This document shows, one piece after another, positions 10,180 through 18,755 of a stretch of 41,953 bases of DNA (positions within the stretch are counted from its first letter, which is position 1; each line of letters starts with the position of its first letter). Both the position numbers and the translations under genes were made by a program. The DNA is taken from IMG/VR virus record IMGVR_UViG_3300044564_000014, positions 1 through 41,953 of that record; one strand, written 5' to 3'. The notes below the pieces were generated by a model. It made no database searches, had not been told where the DNA came from, and saw only the letters and a program-made list of their open reading frames with translations. The DNA is from a virus. Taxonomy: Duplodnaviria > Caudoviricetes.

Positions 10180-11820
10180 TTAGGTGAATTTGAAAAAATC
10201 CTGGCCGTTCTTGCCCTCAAACTGTTGGATGACAGTAGGGCAAGGGAGATCCTCCCTGGAAAAATCATGTGTGGCCTGATCTATAAGAATTCTAGATCCT
10301 GTATAGGCGTAATATTCTGCGTCAAGGAGAGTAGGATTACCATCCTTGTCCCTTTTCTTCTCGAAAGCGTATGTTTCAGTGACATTTCCGTATGAGTCCT
10401 CTTTTTCTTCTGTCTTTAGAATTTTCTTAAACCTGATTGCAAGGGCCTTTCCCGGTACAACTTTTGGCACATCTCTGAGAGTTCCTGAAGAATCTTGCAC
10501 ATTGACTGTTACTTGTTTCTTGTTTATCTTAGAGTCCAAGATATTATAGTCCTCCAATAAAATTTTTTTATTCCATCCAGTTGTGCTTTCCCTCAAATAC
10601 TTACATATTGAAGAAAATTTTACTTTTTGTTCACTATCCATGCCGTCGAAGGGCGCATGGATACGATGTTTTTTAATAATTTTTCCAAGCGATTTTTCCA
10701 TACCGATTGACTTTATAAGATGAATTGTATTTGCGTGTTTAGCGTAGCCGAAGCGGGATGCCTGTCGGATTCTTATCTGCTCCTCCGTCAGTCCTTTTTT
10801 CCGCAGTTCTGCCACATGTCTGCAAAGTTCTTTTTTGTTTTTCTTTCCTAGCATCGTCCGGTCGTGATAGAATTGGTACCCTACCAGACGAAGCCCCATC
10901 CATGTGGGCCGCACGTTATAGTCTCCGTTGATCGTAATATGATAGTCCCGTGCGAGGATCGCAACGGAAGTTTCCGCCACAATATGTAGAACGGTTTTGT
11001 CCTCATGGAAAAAGACCATGTTGTCGACAAACCGGTAATAGTGTCGGAGTCCTTGTTTGACGAAATAGCGGAACCTGTCGGCAAGGAACTGCGTCCCTTT
11101 GGAGATCAGTATCTCATCATCAGGAGTAATAGCCGTGGCAATTTTATCAGTAATATATATTGATGTCCAATAGGACAGTTTTTCCGGATCCTTTCCGATG
11201 TCGAAAAACCGTTCAGCCATACGGTCGAAGTCGGCAAGATAGACCTGCCCGAATATCTGTGCGATTTTGATACCCAATGGAACCCCCTGCAGGTAACTGT
11301 CCACTACCTTATCGAGGAACCGGCGGAACTTCCCGGGCTTTACCTTATGGTCGAGTTTATCTTTTAAGATTTGATGATCCATTAGTGGAAAATAATGGTG
11401 TGCATCCATGGACAGATTGTACATCATTTCGTTCTGCGATGACTTATATAGGTCGTTACGGATAAAGCGCAATAGCGCATGGGTTCCCATATTCGGCCTT
11501 ACCGCGGGGGCTTTCCACGATATGTAATCGTATAACTGACGTTCGTAAGGAAGGATTTCTGCTGCTTCTAAAACATGGTCATGAATAGGTGCTTTAGCAA
11601 GGATTCTTTTTTTCTTTTCGAAGATAACTTTCCTCTTATAACCTGACGGTTCCCAATTTTCATTGGAAATCTCTTTGATAATATTGGATAAATTTTTATC
11701 CAGATCTTTTTCAAAAGCTTTGATATTGTGTCTTTTTTCTTTGCCTTTTGAAAAATTTTCATAGGCCTGGAGTAAATTATCAGATGTCTCATTCTCTTTT
11801 CTGTCACGTATTCTCCTCAT
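10180..11820 (-). CDS. DGR reverse transcriptase with C-terminal extension
   Basis: RT motifs: KKRIL..API.DHVL, G.H, MDAHHYFPLMDH, GVPLGIKIAQ...YLADFD, YYRFVDN, LVGYQF; directly downstream of TR; start MRRIRD at 11820 (546 aa). Confidence 0.92.
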   Translation of the reverse strand: MRRIRDRKENETSDNLLQAYENFSKGKEKRHNIKAFEKDLDKNLSNIIKEISNENWEPSGYKRKVIFEKKKRILAKAPIHDHVLEAAEILPYERQLYDYISWKAPAVRPNMGTHALLRFIRNDLYKSSQNEMMYNLSMDAHHYFPLMDHQILKDKLDHKVKPGKFRRFLDKVVDSYLQGVPLGIKIAQIFGQVYLADFDRMAERFFDIGKDPEKLSYWTSIYITDKIATAITPDDEILISKGTQFLADRFRYFVKQGLRHYYRFVDNMVFFHEDKTVLHIVAETSVAILARDYHITINGDYNVRPTWMGLRLVGYQFYHDRTMLGKKNKKELCRHVAELRKKGLTEEQIRIRQASRFGYAKHANTIHLIKSIGMEKSLGKIIKKHRIHAPFDGMDSEQKVKFSSICKYLRESTTGWNKKILLEDYNILDSKINKKQVTVNVQDSSGTLRDVPKVVPGKALAIRFKKILKTEEKEDSYGNVTETYAFEKKRDKDGNPTLLDAEYYAYTGSRILIDQATHDFSREDLPCPTVIQQFEGKNGQDFFKFT

Positions 11821-11955
11821 GGTATTGTGAGCATCATATTGGATTTCTGCTATTTTTTTTCGACAGGTATGCTTTTCACAACTGTTACCAAGCTCTCTGT
11901 CATCTTTCGATATGTTTCCCCATTGGGGGAGGCTCATCCCTATCTCGTGCATATA

Positions 11956-12077
11956 GTTGAGGAACGCCCCGTAGTTCTCATTGGCATTCGAGGGCACATT
12001 GTTACCCGTGAGGGCACAAGGGCCAGCTTCGGCGCCATCGTTCGCATTGTCGAGAGCAGTAAGGGCCCGAAGACCGG
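11956..12077 (-). repeat. DGR template repeat (TR)
   Basis: 122-bp ungapped match to 12261-12382; all 17 mismatches are at TR adenines (minus strand); rich in AAC/AAT codons. Confidence 0.96.
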
Positions 12078-12112
12078 GGGCAAGGGATTCTACCCGTCCA
12101 TAATGAACTTTG

Positions 12113-12145
12113 CAAAAGTACATAATTTTAGTTAATTAACACAAA
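12113..12145 (-). promoter_or_regulatory. Host-type promoter (TTTG-N21-TACTTTTG) for TR-RT RNA
   Basis: Canonical Bacteroidota -33/-7 elements ~35 bp upstream of TR. Confidence 0.65.
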
Positions 12146-12164
12146 AATCAGCTTTGTTTTTTAC

Positions 12165-12208
12165 AAAAAAAAAGCGACCGCCCTACGGGCGGAGGCGCTG
12201 ACGCGCCT
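12165..12208 (-). promoter_or_regulatory. Tandem GC hairpins 3' of VR (DGR target-recognition hairpins and/or terminator)
   Basis: Minus strand AGGCGC-GTCA-GCGCCT, then CCGCCC-GTA-GGGCGG, then TCGC-T9, starting 7 bp after the target stop codon. Confidence 0.7.
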
Positions 12209-12215
12209 AGTTTAC

Positions 12216-13625
12216 TCAGGCCACCCAGAACGGAGTCGTGTCCCAGTCCTCCGCAGCTTCGCAGAGGAACGCCCCGCAGGACTCATCGGCAAGCGAGGGC
12301 ACACTGTCACCCGCGAGGGCACAAGGGCCAGCCGCGGCGCCATCGCCCGCAGTGTCGAGAGCAGCAAGGGCCCGAAGACCGGATATAGCACCATCACCGT
12401 AGAATCCGTCAGAATAGTTAGTAGCTGTACTTCCTCCAAAGGCTAATGGGTATAAGCACAGATGTTCGAGATTAAGGTCAGATGGATAATTCCAACCATT
12501 GTTGGATGCTGGTATCGTCCCGATTTTTTCCATTCCAGTCAAGGTTTCCAAAGGTATGGAATCTCCAGTCCATATTTTTTTGATGTATACGTCTTTTGAC
12601 GTATCACTGTTATTGCTCAGAATGACTCCGTGCTGGATATGCCAAAGATAATGATAGAAATTCTTCAAGCCATAGAAAACAGGGATATTTTTCACGGCTA
12701 CGGTATTCTCCCCGTTGGCTACATCCCATTCGTACACGCCCAGGGCATCCCCCTTATCGGCCAGTGCATCTATATCGCATACCGGCCAATATGTAAATGT
12801 AGAGTTCATGTTATCGACACCCATACCCAGACCTCCCTGGTGAAGTCCATCTGATGTTAAGGTTGCATTATATCCGGCCTGTCCGTTGCGGTTATGAAAA
12901 ATAATTCGCATCAATGCACCAACGATAAATGTCATCATATACATTGATGCACCCCAGCGTGCGCCGTTTTTCTCTGCATAGGTCTGATACGAATCACTGT
13001 TGATATTGACAACAGGTTTGCCTAATTGAGTATTCCAATCAACATCCAAGTCTGCATTATTAGTTCCTCCACGATATTGTACGTTACGATTACAGTAACT
13101 AACAAGTATCTTGTTAGTACGGTCAATGGCAGCAGCTCCCGCTGCAGACATAGATGCTACGGGAATTTTATAATTCCAGGCTCCGCTGATTGGAGATGTT
13201 GATACCCCTTCGTAATTATAGGTCCCATCGGCCCATTTAGCATAATAAAATGGCACATTCCAGCCCCATTGATAATGCCCCATTGTACCGTCCAATGCTG
13301 CAGCGGTACCATTTTCCAATTTGTAATGGGTCGATGCCGACAATTTTTTCCGACTGTGGTCATTCTGCACGAGATAGCCGCCGAGTCCTAAGACAGATGC
13401 GAGACTTCTTAGAAATTCCATATCTCCATAAGGCTCACCTTCTGGAGAACTATTTCCGATCAGCCATCGAACTCCTGCAATGATTTTCGTACTCAGTAAA
13501 GAACTTATGGGAACATATCCTATTTTATTGCCCGTTTTACTATATCCCATCATCCGAATTCCAGATTCTGCACCTATGTTATCGAAAGGTTCAAGATCTA
13601 ATATTTTTGTCGTTGCTTTTGTCAT
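12216..13625 (-). CDS. DGR target protein, putative receptor-binding protein with C-terminal CLec-like variable domain
   Basis: 469 aa; VR encodes GLRALAALDTAGDGAAAGPCALAGDSVPSLADESCGAFLC near the C-terminus; 'FYGLKNFYHYLW' and 'GGS.T.YSD.FY' patterns typical of DGR targets; at end of tail module. Confidence 0.88.
   Translation of the reverse strand: MTKATTKILDLEPFDNIGAESGIRMMGYSKTGNKIGYVPISSLLSTKIIAGVRWLIGNSSPEGEPYGDMEFLRSLASVLGLGGYLVQNDHSRKKLSASTHYKLENGTAAALDGTMGHYQWGWNVPFYYAKWADGTYNYEGVSTSPISGAWNYKIPVASMSAAGAAAIDRTNKILVSYCNRNVQYRGGTNNADLDVDWNTQLGKPVVNINSDSYQTYAEKNGARWGASMYMMTFIVGALMRIIFHNRNGQAGYNATLTSDGLHQGGLGMGVDNMNSTFTYWPVCDIDALADKGDALGVYEWDVANGENTVAVKNIPVFYGLKNFYHYLWHIQHGVILSNNSDTSKDVYIKKIWTGDSIPLETLTGMEKIGTIPASNNGWNYPSDLNLEHLCLYPLAFGGSTATNYSDGFYGDGAISGLRALAALDTAGDGAAAGPCALAGDSVPSLADESCGAFLCEAAEDWDTTPFWVA
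12261..12382 (-). repeat. DGR variable repeat (VR)
   Basis: Copy of TR within the 3' end of the target gene with A-to-N substitutions (10 G, 4 C, 3 T). Confidence 0.96.
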
Positions 13626-13645
13626 ATTTAAATATCTTTTATTGA

Positions 13646-14887
13646 TTAATATAATTTTGTTTTATATATTACATTATCGCTTACAATTGCCCATCTACAA
13701 TATTCAGAGTATTCATCCGGCACGCCTATCAGATACAAGATGCCACCTCTGAAAGTGAATGTTGATACTCCAGTGGTAGTTGTCGAATCATACGTCCCCT
13801 CAAAATTACATGCTATTGTGCCATATTGTGGTTTTACATTTGTATTATACCAATTTGCTTCTACCGCTCGTGTATAAGGACCAAAGGAATTATTGAATAT
13901 GTATATGTGTGCTCCTATAAATGATTTATCTTTCGGGAGTAATATTGTGTAACCACTCCCTGAATTACCTGTTGCTTCTATATTTAAATTACTGTTAATC
14001 AAATAACTTCCATCATCCTGTTGCACTGCATCACTATTAGCAATGTTTAAGAATTTTGTTATTAATCCACCTGCAAAATAACCAATTTTAGCAAATATTT
14101 TTCCAGTTAAAAAATTGATGTAGAAATTAGGTGAGAAATTTCCTGAGTTTTCTCCTTCAGGATCATCCTTGTCGAATTTTTTAAAATCTTCTGAATTCTC
14201 TTGATTTACTGTTCCCTGCTGTGAATACATATAATCTCCCGAAAAGACGGCACTTGCCAATTTTCCGAATTCAGCCATTAAAATTTTGGCAAAGACTATT
14301 TCATCAGCTGTAAGAAGATGCCAAAAGGTTGATGATGCAGAAGGTTCTTCTCCGGTATTGCTCCCTTCTTTTCCAGGATACCATAAGGAATCATTATGAG
14401 ATACGATAGGAAATCGTTCTCCTGATCTGGTATATTGTGTTGTATCATTCCAGGAGCCAGCATAATATGTGAATGGTCCTGAATCACCCGTTTTACCGGG
14501 ATCTCCTTTATCTCCTTTTCTAATAAGGGGAATACCAAGTACCGCTACGACATTAGTTTCGTCAGGGTCGTACATATCGATATGTATATTCTGCAGACCA
14601 GCAGCTATCTTACTGCTGAGTTGTGTCGGGACCACCAGCAATGGCAATGAACCTGTAGCTGATTCATTTTTTGACGAGTCTGCATATTGATAGGTAATCT
14701 TGTAACTGTTGTTAGCACTTGCCGGTGAGTTGGATCCAGTAATACTAAATCCATAGACATAGAAACTATCCTGGGAAGAGGCCTGTCCATCCTCCGTGGA
14801 TATGCTCGTTGTCTCGGCAACCATGTAATAAGATGTAGCATCTTCTGGGGCAGAGATCAGTTCCTTTATACCCGTTATTTTGGTCAT
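13646..14887 (-). CDS. Tail fibre-like protein
   Basis: Short collagen-like run GDKGDPGKTGDSGP, 'YAGSW...Y...P.V.H...W' module and 'AVFSGDYMYSQQG' segment; in tail module. Confidence 0.65.
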   Translation of the reverse strand: MTKITGIKELISAPEDATSYYMVAETTSISTEDGQASSQDSFYVYGFSITGSNSPASANNSYKITYQYADSSKNESATGSLPLLVVPTQLSSKIAAGLQNIHIDMYDPDETNVVAVLGIPLIRKGDKGDPGKTGDSGPFTYYAGSWNDTTQYTRSGERFPIVSHNDSLWYPGKEGSNTGEEPSASSTFWHLLTADEIVFAKILMAEFGKLASAVFSGDYMYSQQGTVNQENSEDFKKFDKDDPEGENSGNFSPNFYINFLTGKIFAKIGYFAGGLITKFLNIANSDAVQQDDGSYLINSNLNIEATGNSGSGYTILLPKDKSFIGAHIYIFNNSFGPYTRAVEANWYNTNVKPQYGTIACNFEGTYDSTTTTGVSTFTFRGGILYLIGVPDEYSEYCRWAIVSDNVIYKTKLY

Positions 14888-15936
14888 GACTTCGTCGCTT
14901 CAATTCTTACAATTACTCCACCAACTGATTTAATATTATCATAAGTCAGAGCGGTTTCATCAAAATCCGTAATGACAGATCCGTCTGTCTTCTTGGTAAG
15001 AGTATACGTAAATGTCCACCCCGTGCTCACCTCTCCCGAACTGCGGTCATATACGACAGGGGTGAAAGTAGCCGTTTCTCCAGACTTGACCGCATCACCG
15101 GCGATGTTGCATCCGACATCGATATAGTACGGATCATGCACGTCCGAGACTTCGTAAAAGCCGTAATAGTCCTTACCTCCGTACGTGATTTTCGCCCGGA
15201 TCATCTCCACGCCTTCCACGGCTGCATTGTACAGCTTGCAAGTGTTGGTACCTATTTCCGAAAGACCGGAGACGTTACTGATGTCCTGCCATGTTGATCC
15301 GACCAATTTCTGGAAGACGATGCTCATTGCGCCTGTCACGTTTTGGCCAACCAGCTGCAGGTTGGCAGTGGCCTTTACCCAGTCGTTGTCATTAGAAAGG
15401 ACATTGTCTCCGGAACCATCCTCTCCCTCAATGGAGATCAGGACGGAATAGGCGTCACCGACTGAACTCTGAATCGGAATCAGTTGCTGGCAAGTGAATG
15501 CCTTGCCATCGTATGTGCTGCTGTAGTAGATATATTTATCCGTATGGTCATCCTCCGTGGCAAGATTCCCGATGATGACCAGACAGGGGAACGTCTTGCC
15601 GTTGACCTGTTTCGTACCGATGGAAAACCTGTCTGCAAATTTGCTCTTGACGGCTCCGTTTTCAAGGATAGCCCCCTCATCGCTGATATTGTTGTAATAC
15701 CATTGCTGTCCCTCTGTCTCCGGAATGACAATAGCCCCTTTCTGCGACGAATAGGGCTGTGGATACAAAGTAGCATTATGGACTGAAAAATCCGTATTGA
15801 CAACCGCTTTCGTCGTCGGGTTCCAATACTGGACCAGACCGTAGCCTGTGTCAATACTTACGCCCATGGCCGGGGTGATTGTATCACCATCCTCATAGGC
15901 ATATAGCCTTTTGATGGCAGAATAGCTGTTGCTCAT
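14884..15936 (-). CDS. Phage tail-associated structural protein
   Basis: 350 aa, beta-rich/Ig-like composition, overlaps neighbouring genes. Confidence 0.6.
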   Translation of the reverse strand: MSNSYSAIKRLYAYEDGDTITPAMGVSIDTGYGLVQYWNPTTKAVVNTDFSVHNATLYPQPYSSQKGAIVIPETEGQQWYYNNISDEGAILENGAVKSKFADRFSIGTKQVNGKTFPCLVIIGNLATEDDHTDKYIYYSSTYDGKAFTCQQLIPIQSSVGDAYSVLISIEGEDGSGDNVLSNDNDWVKATANLQLVGQNVTGAMSIVFQKLVGSTWQDISNVSGLSEIGTNTCKLYNAAVEGVEMIRAKITYGGKDYYGFYEVSDVHDPYYIDVGCNIAGDAVKSGETATFTPVVYDRSSGEVSTGWTFTYTLTKKTDGSVITDFDETALTYDNIKSVGGVIVRIEATKS

Positions 15937-16142
15937 GATTTAATGCTTTTAATGATTTCCTTGGCTTCCTTGGCTGTAACCTCTCTGGCTCCGTCAGCGA
16001 GTGCGGAGTCTACTCCTATTACTGCCAGATCGCCTTGCGTAACGATGTAGCCTGTTCCGGTATTCCCTTTCCGGAATTCCCGGATGTTCAATGCGTCGGC
16101 CAGTTCGGCCGGAATCAGATAGTATTTCATTTTTATCAACAT
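15933..16142 (-). CDS. Small hypothetical phage protein
   Basis: ~69 aa (MLIKMKYYLIP...), fills the gap between two tail genes; start may be 16130. Confidence 0.6.
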   Translation of the reverse strand: MLIKMKYYLIPAELADALNIREFRKGNTGTGYIVTQGDLAVIGVDSALADGAREVTAKEAKEIIKSIKS

Positions 16143-16143
16143 A

Positions 16144-17277
16144 TTAGTCCACTTCCCTCTCCGATGTCGGGAACTGTGCCACGAGGAGGTTGTCATCCTC
16201 GTCCGTCAACAGAGACCCGTCAGGGAGCTCCAACGGCATGAAGGCTGAGAGTTCCCGAGTCAGATGACCACATTGGTGGTCGTCTACAGCGGAGTCCCTG
16301 GCAAACCTCACTTCCGGACCATATCCTACGGAAACAAAATCCGACTCGTTGTTTTCCTTATAGAAGATTTCTATAGAAAAATAATTCTGCGGGTCTGTAA
16401 TTACTCCCTGTCTGTTCGTAACCGTAACATCGATCATAATGTCCGTAGTATCAGGCGTAATATATTTTCCCAGGGCAAAATCCACTTCGGGGGAATAATT
16501 CCCGTACCATCTCCGGAGCAGGACTGTCTTCGACTTCGATAGGTTGCTGTTCTCTGTCGGGTAGGCAGTGACTTTTACGATCACGTGCTGCAGATAGTCC
16601 TGTTGCACGGTAAGCATTTTCGTGTTCTTTCCGGATACGTACCAGAGATCATCGTCGTCAATGTCTACCCATGTGCTGCTGTCCTCGTCAAATTTTTTCC
16701 AGACGTATGTACACAGACTTTCCGAAAGCTCTTCGTCCCCATTCTTGAGCGTGGCCGTTATAGGTACCGTTCCACGGTATTTGAAGGGGGATAAATTGAG
16801 CTTGGACGGACAGTCGAGTTCCAGGCTGAGATTATATTCGGTTTCGCTTTGTGTTGTAATGTCTTTCGACCATGTGAAGTGAGATGTCCTAGATCTCGTC
16901 TTGTCCAGATAGTCGGCCGAGAATGTCACTCTAAGGAGTTCGTTGACCGCCACATTATGGGAGAGCGTGAGCGCATGTGTGGAGCTATCTACGGTAAATC
17001 CTGTAGTTAATTTTTCAGAGACCCCGTCGATGACGGAGGTAACGGTCCATGACACGTTGACCAGGTAGGCTGCATAGTCCCCAGTGGGGAGGATCCCGTC
17101 CGGATCCGTTATCACGAGACTTGGCTTGAGCAGATAGGGAGTGATATTCCTGTCAGGGCTATATTCCCCTGAAATCGTATTGAATTTCTGAATATAGCTG
17201 CCTCCCAGCTCCAGCATTTGGAACAGGAAAGACAGTGGCGAGTGGACGGTATAGCCGCCGTTAGTCTGCATCTTCAT
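16144..17277 (-). CDS. Phage tail-associated structural protein
   Basis: 377 aa, beta-rich, in tail operon. Confidence 0.6.
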   Translation of the reverse strand: MKMQTNGGYTVHSPLSFLFQMLELGGSYIQKFNTISGEYSPDRNITPYLLKPSLVITDPDGILPTGDYAAYLVNVSWTVTSVIDGVSEKLTTGFTVDSSTHALTLSHNVAVNELLRVTFSADYLDKTRSRTSHFTWSKDITTQSETEYNLSLELDCPSKLNLSPFKYRGTVPITATLKNGDEELSESLCTYVWKKFDEDSSTWVDIDDDDLWYVSGKNTKMLTVQQDYLQHVIVKVTAYPTENSNLSKSKTVLLRRWYGNYSPEVDFALGKYITPDTTDIMIDVTVTNRQGVITDPQNYFSIEIFYKENNESDFVSVGYGPEVRFARDSAVDDHQCGHLTRELSAFMPLELPDGSLLTDEDDNLLVAQFPTSEREVD

Positions 17278-17281
17278 AGGG

Positions 17282-18706
17282 CTAATTATTTATCGTATAA
17301 CTGTTTTCTACAGAATTACCGTCGGGGAGCGTGACGACGCAGCGGAACCCCACCGACGTACCGGAGTTCCAGGGTGACGGTATATCCACTGTGGAGTCTA
17401 CGGTGAGTGTCATTCCCACGGACCCCGTGGGATGTTGGATATTCCAGGCCGTGTCACCGTTCGCATCATCAGATACCCGCAGCCAAGTGATGTTGCCGAT
17501 TCCGATTTCCGCTTCCGTGATTTCCATCTCCGCATTGTACAGGGTGGCCACCAGGTCAGTGGTCCAGTCAGAGCCGACGCGGAAGGCATCTCCTTTCGAG
17601 GAGACGATCTGCAGCGACATGTTCCCGCCTCCGATAAGGCAGGTCCAGTCGGCGTTGTTGAAGCGCGGCTCCGATCCCGTGCAGGAGGAGACGGAACAGG
17701 CCCACAGGCATCCCCCATGCCATATCCTGTCTTCGTAATATCCCTTTGCCGTGGCATCATAGCCCCGGTAATAGGTCTTGGTAGCGTCGTAAACCTTCCA
17801 CTCCCGGATGGAGTAGACCGGATTACCGAGATAGTCCAGACGTATCACGTCCTGTACGATGATACCCCGGAAGTACAGATACGGCTGATCGGATGAGATC
17901 ACGCCGTCGTCAAGCAACTTCCGTATAGCCTGTATATTCGGGGGCAGGCCGATGAATGCGGCATAGTTGGAACCTTCCGCACTGTCATCCAGGATGGGTT
18001 TGTTGACACCCGTCAGAAAAAGCCATCTGCCTTCGTTGCTCGAGACATACCAGCAGCTTTGCCGTGACGTGTCAACCGTGTTGCCCCATCTCCATACATA
18101 CGCCCCGGCTACTGGAGGATAGTTCTTTCCGCCATCCACGTCATCGTCATCATAGAGCGTACAGGTAGCCTTGTTGTTTTCGAGGTCGATGGAGTCTATC
18201 CGGAGCCAGAAGGTATAGTAGGTATGTCCTGAGTCGAGATTGTTGATCTTGCTCTTGATAATATCGTTGACCTTGAAGGTAATGCGGTCATTGTCATACT
18301 CCTTCCGGAAGGTCAGTACATATTGATTGAGATCGGTATGTTCCACAGACTCGATGATACCGTGAGAGGCGAAGATCGTATCTCCGTCAAGGATATTCTG
18401 CCTGTTCATAACCACCTCGTCAAAGATAGCGGACCCGTTGACCTTTATTGATCCGCAGGTGATCGATCCGTCCGGATTGAGCTGCACGTTTTCGGATTCC
18501 CCGATGACACATCCTTTGAGGAGGTTCAGCAGATAGGGGTCAGTATCCTCACGGTCCTTGCGGAGATACGGAGCACTCTCCAGGTATGATGACAACGACA
18601 GAAAGGCATTGCCGATACGTGTGGCCGTATTGGCATAAGTCCGTCGCTCGTCCCTGATGGCGGTGAAAAGCGACTGCAGAGAATCTATAGTTGTTGTCGT
18701 TGCCAT
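17282..18706 (-). CDS. Phage tail/baseplate-associated protein
   Basis: 474 aa; N-terminal 'IRDERRTYANTATRIGNAF' and 'YLRKDRED' motifs seen in tail proteins; first gene after a late-type promoter. Confidence 0.6.
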   Translation of the reverse strand: MATTTTIDSLQSLFTAIRDERRTYANTATRIGNAFLSLSSYLESAPYLRKDREDTDPYLLNLLKGCVIGESENVQLNPDGSITCGSIKVNGSAIFDEVVMNRQNILDGDTIFASHGIIESVEHTDLNQYVLTFRKEYDNDRITFKVNDIIKSKINNLDSGHTYYTFWLRIDSIDLENNKATCTLYDDDDVDGGKNYPPVAGAYVWRWGNTVDTSRQSCWYVSSNEGRWLFLTGVNKPILDDSAEGSNYAAFIGLPPNIQAIRKLLDDGVISSDQPYLYFRGIIVQDVIRLDYLGNPVYSIREWKVYDATKTYYRGYDATAKGYYEDRIWHGGCLWACSVSSCTGSEPRFNNADWTCLIGGGNMSLQIVSSKGDAFRVGSDWTTDLVATLYNAEMEITEAEIGIGNITWLRVSDDANGDTAWNIQHPTGSVGMTLTVDSTVDIPSPWNSGTSVGFRCVVTLPDGNSVENSYTINN

Positions 18707-18720
18707 AACTTTTACAGGAG

Positions 18721-18755
18721 CAAAGATATTTCCGGCTTTCCTGTCTTAAAAATAC
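18721..18755 (-). promoter_or_regulatory. Putative late promoter (GTATTTTT-N19-TATCTTTG)
   Basis: Shared bipartite motif in a 49-bp intergenic gap. Confidence 0.6.

Noticed and set aside
10180-11820. RT as group II intron, retron or Abi-type RT
   Set aside because: The adjacent TR/VR pair with strictly adenine-specific differences identifies a DGR; no intron domain V/VI or msr-msd structure was recognised
11821-12123. 647-aa ORF version fusing the translated TR to the RT N-terminus
   Set aside because: The ATG at 12123 overlaps the predicted -7 promoter region; TR is stop-free because it mirrors VR codons; RT homology begins at MRRIRD (11820). A translated upstream extension is not fully excluded.
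13646-18706. Second VR target in other tail genes
   Set aside because: No further copy of the TR sequence was found by eye in the window; remote targets outside the window cannot be excluded
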